Source: Anaerolineae bacterium (lineage in GTDB: Bacteria; Chloroflexota; Anaerolineae; J102). From it: a stretch of 64,000 nt of DNA. Each line of letters starts with the position of its first letter. The first letter of the stretch is position 1. The notes under the pieces are model-generated. The model ran no database searches and was not told the DNA's origin. It worked only from the letters and a program-made list of their open reading frames with translations. The stretch is taken from NCBI GenBank assembly GCA_026991225.1, contig JALXCB010000044.1, positions 6,490 through 70,489 of the forward strand. Reading direction: 5' to 3'. Below are positions 9,497 to 20,057 of this stretch, piece by piece. Both the position numbers and the translations under genes were made by a program.

Positions 9497-10101
9497 GCTG
9501 TTTGCACCATGTGGAGGAAGTAGCGGTGGAAGCGGAGGTCGTCGCTGAGTTCGGGGTGGAAGGCGGTGCCCAGGAGATGGCCTTGTCGTACGGCCACAAT
9601 GGGCCCGTTCTCGGGCAGTCGGGCCAGCACCTGCACCTCCGGCCCGACTTCGACCACCGCGGGGGCGCGGATGAAGATGGCGTGGAAGGGGCCGTCGGGG
9701 TCTTCGGGGCGGGCGACTTCGGCCAGCGCGGGCACGTCCAGATCGGCTTCGAAGCTGTCCACCTGCCGCCCGAAAAAATTCCGATCTACGGTAATGTCCA
9801 GCCCGCCGATGAGGGGCTGCCCGCCCTTCTTCTGCCGCACGGCCCGATTCGCCAGCAGGATGAGGCCGGCGCAGGTGCCCCAGGCTGGCTTCTGACGGGT
9901 GAAAGCCTTCAGCGGCTCCAGCAGACCGAAGGATTCGGCCAGCTTGCCCATGGTGGTGGACTCGCCGCCAGGGATGATGAGCGCGTCCAAATCGTCGAGA
10001 TGCTCGGGCAGACGCACCTCGGGCGCGTCCACGCCCAGGGCTTGGAGCTTGAGGATATGTTCTCGAAACGCCCCTTGCAGGGCCAAAACGCCGATTTTCA
10101 T
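9493..10101 (-). CDS. pdxT: pyridoxal 5'-phosphate synthase glutaminase subunit PdxT
   Basis: [16 protein letters not shown]...[10 protein letters not shown]...GTCAG; class I glutamine amidotransferase of PdxT type. Confidence 0.9.
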   Translation of the reverse strand: MKIGVLALQGAFREHILKLQALGVDAPEVRLPEHLDDLDALIIPGGESTTMGKLAESFGLLEPLKAFTRQKPAWGTCAGLILLANRAVRQKKGGQPLIGGLDITVDRNFFGRQVDSFEADLDVPALAEVARPEDPDGPFHAIFIRAPAVVEVGPEVQVLARLPENGPIVAVRQGHLLGTAFHPELSDDLRFHRYFLHMVQTA

Positions 10102-10150
10102 AGGCTAAACGTCCTCTTGCATCGGAAATGATAACGGAGTAAAATGTGGT

Positions 10151-10390
10151 ATGACCATCGTCACATGGCATGAAATGAAACAATCTTTTAGAAAATATCT
10201 GCAACGAGTCAAACAGGGGGAAACGTTGCTGGTGGTGGAGGACGGACGCCCCGTAGCCGAAATGCGGCCCGTTGTGGAGGATGAAGCGCGCCTGAGGCCC
10301 TTCGGATTATGCGCTGGCGAATTCCATGTGCCTGACGATTTCGATAAACCACTTCCTGAAGAAGTCCTCGCATTATTTGAAGGGCGATGA
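10151..10390 (+). CDS. type II antitoxin (Phd/YefM-like, VapB partner)
   Basis: 79 aa, MTIVTWHEMKQSFRKYLQRVKQGETLLVVEDGRPVAEM; 4-bp overlap with the downstream PIN toxin. Confidence 0.6.
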   Translation: MTIVTWHEMKQSFRKYLQRVKQGETLLVVEDGRPVAEMRPVVEDEARLRPFGLCAGEFHVPDDFDKPLPEEVLALFEGR

Positions 10391-10791
10391 GGTTATTACT
10401 CGACACCCACATCTTTCTGTGGTACATCGCCGGCGAAAGGAAGATCAGCGAATCGATCCTTGCCATGATCCGTGATCCGGACAATCAGGTGTATCTGAGT
10501 GTGATTTCGGAGTGGGAAATCATCATCAAGCATCAGTTGGGACGGCTTCCTTTGCCTGCATCACCCGGCGTCTACATTCCTGCACAACGTCGCAGACACC
10601 GCATTGACGTCCTATCGCTGGATGAGGATGCAGTGAGTGCATTGGGGGAATTACCCGCAATTCATCGCGATCCATTTGATCGCATGTTAATCAGTCAGGC
10701 AATGTATCATGGATTGATTCTGGTCACTGTTGATAGAGTCGTCATGAAATATGGGGACGTGATGAACGTGCGGATGCTGTTGGCGAATTGA
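10387..10791 (+). CDS. vapC: PIN-domain toxin VapC
   Basis: MRLLLDTHIFLWY... PIN acidic residues; followed by hairpin plus T-tract terminator. Confidence 0.8.
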   Translation: MRLLLDTHIFLWYIAGERKISESILAMIRDPDNQVYLSVISEWEIIIKHQLGRLPLPASPGVYIPAQRRRHRIDVLSLDEDAVSALGELPAIHRDPFDRMLISQAMYHGLILVTVDRVVMKYGDVMNVRMLLAN

Positions 10792-10795
10792 AAAA

Positions 10796-10838
10796 ACAAG
10801 ACCCCGAAAGACTCCGAGGTCTTGTTTCTTCTTATGCG
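10796..10838 (+). terminator. Rho-independent terminator after vapC
   Basis: AACAAGACCCCGAAAGACTCCGAGGTCTTGTT hairpin followed by TCTTCTT. Confidence 0.7.
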
Positions 10839-10961
10839 TGTCTTTGGGTTGCGGCTTTGCCGCGATACGGACTACGCATCACGCATTACGTTGCCTGGTT
10901 TCCCGCGACAGAATGGCTTGGCTAGGATTTATCACTCCGACGAGCTCCTCTCCATCGCCAC

Positions 10962-11849
10962 TTACCAGCCCCGATACGCGATGCGCTCTTCCTCGGGCAT
11001 GGATTCCACCGTGCGCCCGACCATGGGCTCGCCCAGATTGCGGCTCACCTCGGCCAGGATGGCGGGGTCGCGGTAGTGGGTGACCGCTTTGACGATGGCC
11101 GCGGCCCGCTTGGCGGGATTGCCGCTCTTGAAGATGCCCGAGCCCACGAACACGCCGTCCACGCCCAATTGCATCATCAGGGCCGCGTCCGCGGGCGTGG
11201 CGATGCCGCCCGCCGCAAAATTCACCACGGGCAGCCGTCCCATCTCTGCGGTCAGCTTGACGAGCTGATAGGGCGCGCCGAGGTTTTTGGCGTACGCGTA
11301 CATTTCCTCAGGGGCCATGGTTTGCAGGCGGCGAATTTCGCCCAACACGGCCCGGGCGTGGCGCACGGCCTCGACCACGTCGCCCGTGCCCGCCTCGCCT
11401 TTGGTGCGGATCATGGCCGCGCCTTCGTTGATGCGGCGCAGGGCCTCGCCCAGGTTGCGGCAACCGCACACAAAAGGCACTTTGAAGTCCCATTTGTTGA
11501 TATGGTGCTCCTCGTCGGCCGGGGTCAGCACCTCGCTCTCATCGATGAAGTCCACGCCCAGATACTCCAGGATCTGCGCCTCGACGAAATGGCCGATGCG
11601 CACCTTGGCCATGACGGGAATGGTCACCGCGTCCATGATCTCGAGGATTTTCTCGGGATCGCTCATGCGGGCTACGCCGCCCTCAGCCCGGATGTCGGCC
11701 GGGACGCGCTCCAGCGCCATGACGGCCACCGCGCCCGCCTCTTCGGCGATGCGGGCCTGCTCCGCATTGGTCACATCCATGATCACGCCGCCTTTCAGCA
11801 TCTCGGCCAGGCCCGATTTGACAGTAAATGTGCCGGTAATGGGTTCCAT
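10962..11849 (-). CDS. pdxS: pyridoxal 5'-phosphate synthase lyase subunit PdxS
   Basis: [54 protein letters not shown]...; highly conserved PdxS/SNZ. Confidence 0.95.
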   Translation of the reverse strand: MEPITGTFTVKSGLAEMLKGGVIMDVTNAEQARIAEEAGAVAVMALERVPADIRAEGGVARMSDPEKILEIMDAVTIPVMAKVRIGHFVEAQILEYLGVDFIDESEVLTPADEEHHINKWDFKVPFVCGCRNLGEALRRINEGAAMIRTKGEAGTGDVVEAVRHARAVLGEIRRLQTMAPEEMYAYAKNLGAPYQLVKLTAEMGRLPVVNFAAGGIATPADAALMMQLGVDGVFVGSGIFKSGNPAKRAAAIVKAVTHYRDPAILAEVSRNLGEPMVGRTVESMPEEERIAYRGW

Positions 11850-12119
11850 AAGTGGATTTTTCCTCCGAATTTTTTATTTAATAGGAATAGCATCTGGGTT
11901 TTGAAGCTGTCCCGCCCACAGGACGAGACCAAAAGCGCTTCTCAACTGACCACTGATTACTGATCACTGGTCACTCCAATTGTACCCCTTTTCCCCGCGT
12001 TTCGTCCAGACGCCAGCAGGAAAAAACGCTCTCATGGATTGTTTTCTTCGGAAATTTCGGGCCTTCCTGTGCTCATGATACAATAATAGGTCTGGAAATC
12101 GGTCGATGCAAGGATTTGC

Positions 12120-15100
12120 ATGAAACGACTGACTGACCAGGCGACTTCACGACTGACCGACCATCCTATGAATCTCCCATCCAAAATCTACCTTCACCGC
12201 CGCCGTCAGGAGCGCCTGCACCGGGCGCAGATGCCCGCGTGGCAGAAACTCCTGGGCGTGGCGGCCATCGCGCTATTCGTCTTCATCACCCTGACCGTTA
12301 CGGCCACAGCCAGCGTTGCCGCGGTCGCGGGCGGCGTCTACTACTATTTCACTCGCAATCTGCCCGATCCCAGCGCCATTGTCACCAAGCAGGAAAACTT
12401 CGAGACGGTCAAGATCTACGACCGCACGGGCAAGGTGCTGCTTTACGAATCCATCGACCCCCGACCCTTCCGCGGCGATCGCACCTACGTCACGCTGGAC
12501 CAGATCAGCCCTTACCTCATCAACGCCACTGTCGCTCTGGAAGACCGATCCTTTTGGGAGAATCCGGGCATCAACCTGCGGGGAATTGGCCGCGCGTTCG
12601 TGCAAAATCTCCAGGGCGGAGCCATTCAGGGCGCGTCCAGCATCACCCAACAGCTTGTCAAAAATGTGATCATCCCGCCTGAAGAGCGCTATCAGCGGTC
12701 CTACACCCGCAAGATCAAAGAGATGCTCATGGCGCTCAAGATCACCCAGAAATATGACAAGACCCAGATTCTGGAGTGGTATCTCAACAACAACTTCTAC
12801 GGCAACTTCAGCTATGGCATCGAATCAGCGGCCCAGACCTATTTCGGGAAACCGGCCAAGGACTTGAATCTGGCCGAGGCGGCCATGCTGGCGGCGCTGC
12901 CCCAGTTTCCGGGCCTGAACCCCATCCAGGCGCCCGAGGACGCGAAGCGTCGGCAGCGCAAGGTGCTGCAGGCCATGGTCGAAGCAGGGTATATCACCCA
13001 GGAGCAGGCGGATGAGGCGTATGCCCAGGAGCTGGATGTGCGGGAATCCGCGCTGGAGCGCTTCGACAACGACATCGCGCCCCACTTCGCGCTTTACGTC
13101 CTCGACCAGCTCAAGAAGGAATTCAACACGCCCGAAGACCCCTACTTCATCTGGCGCAACGGCCTCACCGTGCGCACCACGCTGGATGTGGATATCCAGC
13201 ATTATGTGACCTGCGTAGCCCGACAGCGCGTCGCCCATCTCGCCCACGAAGACCCCACCATCCCCGGCTGTCCCGATCTCGATCCCGAGCCCTTCCTGCA
13301 AAGCGGCAAGCACAGCAAGATCGACCACAATGTCAGCAACGCCGCCGTGGTGGTGCTGGCCCCGAAGACGGGGGAGATTTTGTCCATGCTGGGGTCGCTG
13401 GATTACAACAATCGGGAGATCGACGGCGAGGTGAATATCGCCCTGGCCGACCGCCAGCCCGGTTCCTCCTTCAAGCCCATCACCTACCTCACCGGCTTCA
13501 GCCAGGGGTTGACCGCAGCCACCGTGGCCTGGGACGTGCGCCAGGTCTTCCCTGATGCGGTGGAGCCTTACACGCCCGAGAATTACGACCGCAAGTATCA
13601 CGGCCCCGTGCCCCTGCGCGTCGCCCTCCAGCGCTCCTACAACATCCCCGCGGTGTGGGTGATGAGCCAGGTCGGGGTAAAGAACGTCGTGAATATGGCC
13701 CATCGCCTGGGCGTCACCAGCCTGAACAAGGACTACTACGGCCTCAGCCTCACCCTGGGCGGGGGCGAAGTCAAGCTGCTGGATATGGCCTACGTCTTCG
13801 CCACCTTCGCCAACATGGGCGTGATGAAAGGGGAGCCCGTGCTGCCCCAGGACTTGCGTCCGGGCTATCGCACTCTCGATCCTGTCGCCATTTTGGAGGT
13901 GAAGGATCGGGAAGGGAATATCGTGAAGGAATACGAAGGCCCGCAGGAGCAGCGCGTCATCAGCGAGCAGCTTGGCTATCTCCTGGACAACGTGCTCAGC
14001 GACCCCCGGCCTCGTCCGCCCGCATTCGGAACTTTCGCCCAATACCTGGAACTGCCCGACCGCCCCATCATCGCCAAGACGGGCACCACCAACGACTTCC
14101 GCGATGGCTGGACCCTGGGCGCGAGTCCGCAATACGCAGTGGGCGTCTGGGTGGGCAACGCCGACAATACGCCCATGGAGAGCACGTCGGGCTCGGTGGG
14201 CGCGTCCCCCATCTTCCACGACATCATGGCTTATCTTCACAAGGACAAGCCCGTGGAGAAGTGGGAGGAGCCCGATGGCTTCGTGCGCCGCACCGTCTGC
14301 TACGAGAGCGGCCTGCTCGCCACCGATATCTGCCCGCGCCGTTACACTGAAATCTTCATCGACGGCACCGAGCCCAAGGAGTACGACAACTTCTGGCAGG
14401 TGTTCGAGGTGAACAAGCTGAACGGCAAACTGGCCACCCCATACACCCCGCCCGATCTGATCGAACGCCGCGTCTATCCCGTCTTCCCGCCTGTGGCCAA
14501 GGATTGGGCGCAAGAGCAGGCGGAGTTGGGCAAGATTCAGCTTCCGCCGACGGAATACGACGACACCTTCGGGCCCGTTTTCACCGACGAAGAGGTGGCT
14601 ATCGCCAAGCCCGCGCCTTTCAGCTATATCAAGGGTCAGGTGGAAATCTGGGGCAACGCCCGCAGCGGCGACTTCCGTCTCTACCAGCTTCACTTCGGGC
14701 AGGGCTTGCAGCCCCAGACATGGACCCAGATCGGCCCCGACCATTACAACCAGGTGGACAAGGGCGTGCTCGAGTATTGGGATGTCTCGGGCCTGAGCGG
14801 GCCTTACACCCTGCGCCTTTCCGTGGTCGAAAACAGCGGCAATGTACGCCAGGTGGCCATACCCATCACCGTGGATAACACCCCGCCCACCGTCGTGCTC
14901 AGCACCCCCGAAAATGGGAAAGTGTATGTGAAAGAGGACGATGAGTGGGTGAATATCAACGCCCTGGCCACCGACGACTGGGCCATGGACCGGGTGGTGT
15001 TCTATCTCGATGACACGCCGCTCATCACCACCACGGTCTCGCCTTACAGCGCCAAATGGACCATCACCATGTCGGACACAGTGCCCACGCTGGACATGGA

Positions 15101-15458
15101 GCCCATCACCGCCCGCGTGCCCATCACGCAACCCGACGGCACGGTCACGTACGAACAACGTCCCATCAGCACGGTCGAGGCCGATCCCGACGATCCCAAT
15201 CGCATCATTCTTACTGCCACCAACGGTTTCGGCATCATCCACGACACCAAAGGTTACACCGAAACGCACGTCATCAAGGCCGTGGCCTACGACGTGGCCG
15301 GAAACAAGGCCGAAAGCCAGCCCGTGCGCATCTTCGTCATCCACAAGGAAGGCAAAGGTCCCAAGCCGCGCGGGCAGGAAGGCCGCCTCCCCGATCTGGA
15401 TGACCCCACCCGTTACGCTCTCCGCCCCATTGTATCATGGAACGAACGGCATCTTTGA
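12120..15458 (+). CDS. bifunctional class A penicillin-binding protein (PBP1A: GT51 transglycosylase + transpeptidase) with long C-terminal Ig-like extension
   Basis: GT51 motifs ALEDRSFWENPGIN, SSITQQLVKN; transpeptidase SSFKP (SxxK) and KTGTT; ~400-aa C-terminal extension. Confidence 0.9.
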   Translation: MKRLTDQATSRLTDHPMNLPSKIYLHRRRQERLHRAQMPAWQKLLGVAAIALFVFITLTVTATASVAAVAGGVYYYFTRNLPDPSAIVTKQENFETVKIYDRTGKVLLYESIDPRPFRGDRTYVTLDQISPYLINATVALEDRSFWENPGINLRGIGRAFVQNLQGGAIQGASSITQQLVKNVIIPPEERYQRSYTRKIKEMLMALKITQKYDKTQILEWYLNNNFYGNFSYGIESAAQTYFGKPAKDLNLAEAAMLAALPQFPGLNPIQAPEDAKRRQRKVLQAMVEAGYITQEQADEAYAQELDVRESALERFDNDIAPHFALYVLDQLKKEFNTPEDPYFIWRNGLTVRTTLDVDIQHYVTCVARQRVAHLAHEDPTIPGCPDLDPEPFLQSGKHSKIDHNVSNAAVVVLAPKTGEILSMLGSLDYNNREIDGEVNIALADRQPGSSFKPITYLTGFSQGLTAATVAWDVRQVFPDAVEPYTPENYDRKYHGPVPLRVALQRSYNIPAVWVMSQVGVKNVVNMAHRLGVTSLNKDYYGLSLTLGGGEVKLLDMAYVFATFANMGVMKGEPVLPQDLRPGYRTLDPVAILEVKDREGNIVKEYEGPQEQRVISEQLGYLLDNVLSDPRPRPPAFGTFAQYLELPDRPIIAKTGTTNDFRDGWTLGASPQYAVGVWVGNADNTPMESTSGSVGASPIFHDIMAYLHKDKPVEKWEEPDGFVRRTVCYESGLLATDICPRRYTEIFIDGTEPKEYDNFWQVFEVNKLNGKLATPYTPPDLIERRVYPVFPPVAKDWAQEQAELGKIQLPPTEYDDTFGPVFTDEEVAIAKPAPFSYIKGQVEIWGNARSGDFRLYQLHFGQGLQPQTWTQIGPDHYNQVDKGVLEYWDVSGLSGPYTLRLSVVENSGNVRQVAIPITVDNTPPTVVLSTPENGKVYVKEDDEWVNINALATDDWAMDRVVFYLDDTPLITTTVSPYSAKWTITMSDTVPTLDMEPITARVPITQPDGTVTYEQRPISTVEADPDDPNRIILTATNGFGIIHDTKGYTETHVIKAVAYDVAGNKAESQPVRIFVIHKEGKGPKPRGQEGRLPDLDDPTRYALRPIVSWNERHL

Positions 15459-15808
15459 TGCATACGCCATCGGCGATACCCTTTCTGGATGAAATCGTCG
15501 CCCGATTAGAAAGCATCGATCCAGAGAAAATCATCCTTTTCGGCAGCCAGGCGGAAGGTCGCGCCGACCCATGGAGCGATTTGGACCTGATTGTTGTGAC
15601 AAGCGACGACCGAATGCCTGCTACGTATCGGGAGAAAGAAGAAATTTACCTGCAAGTCTCGCGCCTGATTCGAGACATCCGACAGAAAATCCCCATCGAT
15701 CTCATCGTGCACACCCGGCCCATGCATGAGCGCTTTCTCACCATGAACAGTCTCTTCGCACAAGAAGTCCGGGAAAGAGGCCTGGTGCTCTATGAAAAAG
15801 ACCACTGA
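15458..15808 (+). CDS. minimal nucleotidyltransferase (MNT) antitoxin-type protein
   Basis: LFGSQAEGRADPWSDLDLIVV nucleotidyltransferase motif; ATG overlaps PBP stop (TGATG). ORF-track alternative start 15437. Confidence 0.75.
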   Translation: MHTPSAIPFLDEIVARLESIDPEKIILFGSQAEGRADPWSDLDLIVVTSDDRMPATYREKEEIYLQVSRLIRDIRQKIPIDLIVHTRPMHERFLTMNSLFAQEVRERGLVLYEKDH

Positions 15809-16187
15809 AGAATGGCTGGCCAAGGCCGCGGAAGACCTTTTGGCTGCGGAACTCCTGCTATCGCAATGGGAACTGACCAATATCGTGGCTTTTCATGCGC
15901 AGCAAACGGTTGAAAAGGCGTTCAAAGCCGCGATTGAAGAACTGGAACTTGGTCTAATTCGCACCCACAGTCTGACGCGACTCTACCAGCTCATCGAATC
16001 AGAATTTCCCGTAGTTGATGACCCTGACATGTTAGACCGTCTTGATGCGGTTTACATTGAGGCGCGCTATCCCAGCGAGCTTGGCCTGATCCCATCGGGC
16101 AAACCAACCAGTGAGGAAGCGGCTGCTTTTCATGCGTTTGCCACCCGTGTTTTGAAGCAGATTCAAACAGCCCTGACCCAACGCTAA
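15792..16187 (+). CDS. HEPN-domain protein (partner of MNT)
   Basis: 131 aa helical protein with GLIRTHSL HEPN-like motif; overlaps MNT gene end. Confidence 0.75.
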   Translation: MKKTTEEWLAKAAEDLLAAELLLSQWELTNIVAFHAQQTVEKAFKAAIEELELGLIRTHSLTRLYQLIESEFPVVDDPDMLDRLDAVYIEARYPSELGLIPSGKPTSEEAAAFHAFATRVLKQIQTALTQR

Positions 16188-16193
16188 TTTCTC

Positions 16194-16970
16194 ATGCCTC
16201 ACATTCTCATCACCAATGACGACGGCGTACACTCGCCCGGCCTGCTGGCCCTGGCCCAGGCCCTGTGCGACCTCGGTCAGGTCAGCATCCTCGCGCCCGA
16301 CCGCAACTGGTCGGTCACGGGCCACAACAAGACCCTGCACAAACCCCTGCGGGTCTGGCCCGTCACCCTGGACGACGGCAGCCAGGCCCTGACTACTGAC
16401 GGCGGCCCCTCCGACAGCGTGGCCCTGGCCGCGATGGGCGTCGTGGACCTGCCCATCGATCTGGTGGCCTCAGGCATTAACACTCGCCCCAACCTGGGCG
16501 ACGATATCACCTACTCGGGCACGGTGGCCGCGGCCATGGAAGCCGCCATCTTCGGCATCCCCGCCATGGCCATTTCTCAGGAAGAAGGCGAGCCCCGGCG
16601 CTGGGAGACCGCGGCCCGCGCGGCCGCCATCATCGCCCGCAAGATGCTCGCCAACGGCGGCATGCCCAAGGGAACCCTGCTCAACGTCAACGTTCCCAAC
16701 CTGCCCTGGGACGAGATCAAGGGATTCGAGGTCACCCGGCTGGGCCAGCGACGCTACCATGACGAGCTCATCGTGCGCCACGACCCCGGCGGCAGACCCT
16801 ATTACTGGATCGGCGGCGGGCCTCCCTCCAGCGTGCTGGAGCCTGGAACCGACGTCCACGCCCTGGCCCACGGCTTCATCTCCGTCACCCCCCTCAGCCT
16901 CGACATGACCCACGACGCCTTCCTTACCACCCTCCGCCAGTGGTTCGAGCCGTCTCTTACAAATCCTTGA
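16194..16970 (+). CDS. surE: 5'/3'-nucleotidase SurE
   Basis: MPHILITNDDGVHSPGL N-terminus diagnostic for SurE. Confidence 0.9.
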   Translation: MPHILITNDDGVHSPGLLALAQALCDLGQVSILAPDRNWSVTGHNKTLHKPLRVWPVTLDDGSQALTTDGGPSDSVALAAMGVVDLPIDLVASGINTRPNLGDDITYSGTVAAAMEAAIFGIPAMAISQEEGEPRRWETAARAAAIIARKMLANGGMPKGTLLNVNVPNLPWDEIKGFEVTRLGQRRYHDELIVRHDPGGRPYYWIGGGPPSSVLEPGTDVHALAHGFISVTPLSLDMTHDAFLTTLRQWFEPSLTNP

Positions 16971-17190
16971 GCAATTGCTGAAACGCCTCGGGTGTGAGCT
17001 CTATCTCGCGCAAAATCTCACGGATGAGCGGTCGCGCCAGGTCTCTACCGCGATGATGAGGCAAGGTCGTTGTGCGGCCATCTGGATGGCGATAAAATGC
17101 ATGGCTGCCTCGCTGCCTGACCTTTTCAAATCCGAGCCGGAACAACAGTTTTTCCATCGTCTTTGCATCGACGATCGGCAACCGAGTCAC
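16957..17190 (-). CDS. hicA: HicA-family toxin (mRNA interferase)
   Basis: 77 aa, KLLFRLGFEKVRQRGSHAFYRHPDGRTTTLPHH; YcfA/HicA pattern. Confidence 0.8.
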   Translation of the reverse strand: MTRLPIVDAKTMEKLLFRLGFEKVRQRGSHAFYRHPDGRTTTLPHHRGRDLARPLIREILREIELTPEAFQQLLKDL

Positions 17191-17408
17191 CCTGCCACCT
17201 CGATCTGCTGAATGCCCACAAATTGCGGCATGATTTCCAGAATATCCTCTTGTTCTTCCAGACAGAGTTCAAGAACCTCTTTCAGGTTCCTTTGTAATTC
17301 GTCAAGCGTCGCGCCCTGAGTATGCGCGCCAGGAATGCCAGGCACGATGCCAACATAGAGTCTGGTGTCTGGATCGTATTCGATATATGCTGTAAAGACT
17401 TTCATCAT
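17187..17408 (-). CDS. hicB: HicB-family antitoxin
   Basis: 73 aa UPF0150-like; 4-bp overlap with hicA. Confidence 0.75.
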   Translation of the reverse strand: MMKVFTAYIEYDPDTRLYVGIVPGIPGAHTQGATLDELQRNLKEVLELCLEEQEDILEIMPQFVGIQQIEVAG

Positions 17409-17496
17409 TCACCTCCACTTCAATTATGCCCGAACCAGGCGGTTGATGCAATCCCCACACTGAACACTCCCTCACTGATCACTGATTACTGAATCC

Positions 17497-18384
17497 ATGT
17501 CCTTCCGCCCCCTCTTCTCCCGCGACCGTCTCTGGGCCAGTTTGCTCACACTGGCCCTCATCGCGTTGGCCCTCATCGCGCTGCGCGCGATGGCTGCGCG
17601 GCCTGTTGGTCCGGGCACAGTCCTCCTGGGCGGGTTTGCGCTGATCCTGGGCGGACTTAGTCTGCTGTTGATCTACCGCCTGTGGGCGCTGCATACGCTG
17701 GATTATTGGGTGCAGCGAGACGCCATCCATATCCTCTGGAATGGCGAGGAAGCCATCGTGCCTTTGGATCATGTCCAACGCGTGGAGCGAGGCGACGGCC
17801 TGGACCTGAAACCGAACTGGTTGCACTGGCCCGAACCGTGGATCGGCTACGATGCCGACGCCCGCATTCTCGCCTACGCTTCCCAACCGCCTGAACGCAG
17901 CCTCATCATCGTCACTGACGAGGAGAACTACCTGATCTCGCCCGACGATCCCGACGCGTTCATTGCCGCTTTCGAGGAGCGCCGCGACTTCGGCCCGGCC
18001 CGCAAGCTGAAACCCGTCATCTATCTCGCCCCCTGGCGACAGCATTGGCTGCTACGCGACCGTGTGGCGCAACTGCTGCTCTTTGGCGGGCTCGCCCTGG
18101 GCCTTGTTCTGCTGGCCTACGTCACCTGGCGCTATCCTCAACTGCCCGAGACCATCGCCCTCCACTTCGATCTGGACGGCAACCCCGACCTCCTTAGCCC
18201 CCGACGTTCCATCTTTCTCATTCCGGGCGTCGCTCTGCTGATTGGCTTTCTCAACGCGGCCATCGGTTACGCATTCTACGCGTATCGACGATTCATCGCC
18301 TATCTTCTCTGGAGCGCGTCGGTGATCTTGCAACTGATGGGCCTCTATATCGCCATGCGCCTCATCAATCTTGCTGTGGGATAG
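17497..18384 (+). CDS. membrane protein with bacterial PH-like N-domain and DUF1648-like C-domain
   Basis: Multiple TM helices; C-terminal RYPQLPETIALHFDLDGNPD resembles DUF1648/SdpI-like proteins. Confidence 0.5.
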   Translation: MSFRPLFSRDRLWASLLTLALIALALIALRAMAARPVGPGTVLLGGFALILGGLSLLLIYRLWALHTLDYWVQRDAIHILWNGEEAIVPLDHVQRVERGDGLDLKPNWLHWPEPWIGYDADARILAYASQPPERSLIIVTDEENYLISPDDPDAFIAAFEERRDFGPARKLKPVIYLAPWRQHWLLRDRVAQLLLFGGLALGLVLLAYVTWRYPQLPETIALHFDLDGNPDLLSPRRSIFLIPGVALLIGFLNAAIGYAFYAYRRFIAYLLWSASVILQLMGLYIAMRLINLAVG

Positions 18385-19249
18385 GTGGATGCCCGCCTGG
18401 CCTTTCACCTCCCTGCTTTTGGGCTTTGCCCTGGCCGCTGTCATCGCCCTGGCCGGGTGGAAGCTGAGGGCGTTGAGCTTCAGCGGCGCGGTGGGGGCCG
18501 TCCTCATCGGCGGCTTCGTCTTCGGTTTCGGCGGCCCCACCTGGGCTGTGCTCCTGGTGGCGTTTTTCGCGGCCAGCAGCCTGCTCAGCCGTCTGGGGCG
18601 GAGCCGCAAGGCCCGGAATCCCCATCTGGAGAAAGCAGGCCCGCGCGATCTGGCCCAAACCCTGGCCAATGGCGGCGTGGCCTTGCTCATGGCTCTGGCC
18701 GTGGGCGCGACGGGCCATGATTCGCCCTGGTATCCCTACTTCGCCCTGGCCTACTTCGGCTCTCTGGCTGCGGCCACGGCCGACACCTGGGCCACGGAGA
18801 TCGGTCTGCTCTCCTCCCAGCGCCCGCGCCTCATCACCACCGGCGAACCCACGCAGCCGGGCGTGTCGGGCGGCGTCACCCGCATGGGGCTGCTGGGCGG
18901 CCTGGCCGGAGGCGCATTCATCGGGATAACCGCGTTCGTCACCATCCAGGCGGCGTCGCTGCTGACCACGGGCGCATGGTTTCTCAGCGATGGATTCCTG
19001 CTCATCACCCTGCCTGTCGCGGGCTTTCTTGCATCTCTATTCGATTCATTTTTGGGCGCAACGGTGCAACGGTTGTATTATTGCGAGCGTTGCCAGACGT
19101 CCACCGAGAAAAAAGTGCATGACTGCGGCCAGACCGCCCGTCCCATCCGCGGTCTCGCCTTCATGAACAACGACATGGTCAATTTCCTGGCAACCTGCGT
19201 CGGAGCCCTCGCCGCTATCTTGCTATCCTACCCCTTCCTGGTTTCATGA
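18371..19249 (+). CDS. DUF92 (TMEM19-like) integral membrane protein
   Basis: Polytopic membrane protein with DUF92-like hydropathy and C-terminal CxxC...C cluster. Confidence 0.65.
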   Translation: MLWDRWMPAWPFTSLLLGFALAAVIALAGWKLRALSFSGAVGAVLIGGFVFGFGGPTWAVLLVAFFAASSLLSRLGRSRKARNPHLEKAGPRDLAQTLANGGVALLMALAVGATGHDSPWYPYFALAYFGSLAAATADTWATEIGLLSSQRPRLITTGEPTQPGVSGGVTRMGLLGGLAGGAFIGITAFVTIQAASLLTTGAWFLSDGFLLITLPVAGFLASLFDSFLGATVQRLYYCERCQTSTEKKVHDCGQTARPIRGLAFMNNDMVNFLATCVGALAAILLSYPFLVS

Positions 19250-20046
19250 CCGAAAACGCTTCCTCTTCTTCCTCTGCATCCCCAAAGCCTTTGCTCAGCA
19301 TCATCATTCCGGCCTATAACGAGGAGCAGCGCCTGCCCGACTCCCTCGATCAGATTGTCGCCTGGTGCGAGACCACGCCTTATGAGGTCGAGGTCATCAT
19401 CGTCGAGAACGGCAGCAGCGACCGCACTACGGAGATCGCGGAAGCGTACGCCCGGAAACACCCCAACATTCGCGTCTTTCATAGCGAAAAGGGCAAGGGT
19501 GCAGCCGTGCGCAAGGGCATCTACGAAGGTCGGGGCGAGTATCTTTTCATGTGCGATTCCGACCTTTCCATGCCCATCTCCGAGGTGGAGAAGTTCCTCC
19601 CGCCTCAGCTCAACGGCTACGATGTCGCCATCGGCAGTCGCGAAGCGCCGGGCGCACAGCGGTTCAATGAGCCCGCTTATCGCCATTTTATGGGCCGCAT
19701 TTTCAATATCATTGTGCGGGTGTTGGCCGTGCCTGGTTTCAGCGATACGCAGGCCGGGTTCAAGATGTTCAAACGGGATGCGGCCATGGATATCTTTCCC
19801 TACCAGACCATCATGGGCTGGACGTTCGACGTGGAGGCCCTTTATATCGCCCTGAAGCAGGGCAAGAAGGTGGTGGAAGTGCCCATCAACTGGTACTTCG
19901 ATGAAGACAGCCGCGTGGATCCCTTGAAAGACACCTGGCGCATGTTCTGGGATGTCATCACCATCCGTCTTAACGACCGGCGCGGCCTATATGACGCCGC
20001 GACTCGCGCCAGGGATGAAGACCGAAGCCCATCTTCTCAGCCATAA
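19246..20046 (+). CDS. family 2 glycosyltransferase (dolichyl/polyprenyl-phosphate glucosyltransferase-like)
   Basis: LSIIIPAYNEE...VEVIIVENGSSD...CDSDLS (DxD). Confidence 0.8.
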   Translation: MTENASSSSSASPKPLLSIIIPAYNEEQRLPDSLDQIVAWCETTPYEVEVIIVENGSSDRTTEIAEAYARKHPNIRVFHSEKGKGAAVRKGIYEGRGEYLFMCDSDLSMPISEVEKFLPPQLNGYDVAIGSREAPGAQRFNEPAYRHFMGRIFNIIVRVLAVPGFSDTQAGFKMFKRDAAMDIFPYQTIMGWTFDVEALYIALKQGKKVVEVPINWYFDEDSRVDPLKDTWRMFWDVITIRLNDRRGLYDAATRARDEDRSPSSQP

Positions 20047-20057
20047 GGTGAACCGAT

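Noticed and set aside
8954-10204. 416-aa ORF-track call extending the PNPOx gene upstream across pdxT
   Set aside because: The upstream 236 codons are an Arg/Pro-rich out-of-frame read through pdxT. The real gene starts at ATG 9496 (MSLTNIRR).
12825-15344. 839-aa antisense ORF inside the PBP1A gene; similar long antisense ORFs at 25060-26022 in cysS, 28272-30002 in mcmA, 23021-23989, 50531-52186, 37287-38897, 46285-47580
   Set aside because: High-GC genomes generate long stop-free antisense frames. These have Gly/Arg/His-rich low-complexity translations and no SD, and they overlap well-supported genes on the other strand.
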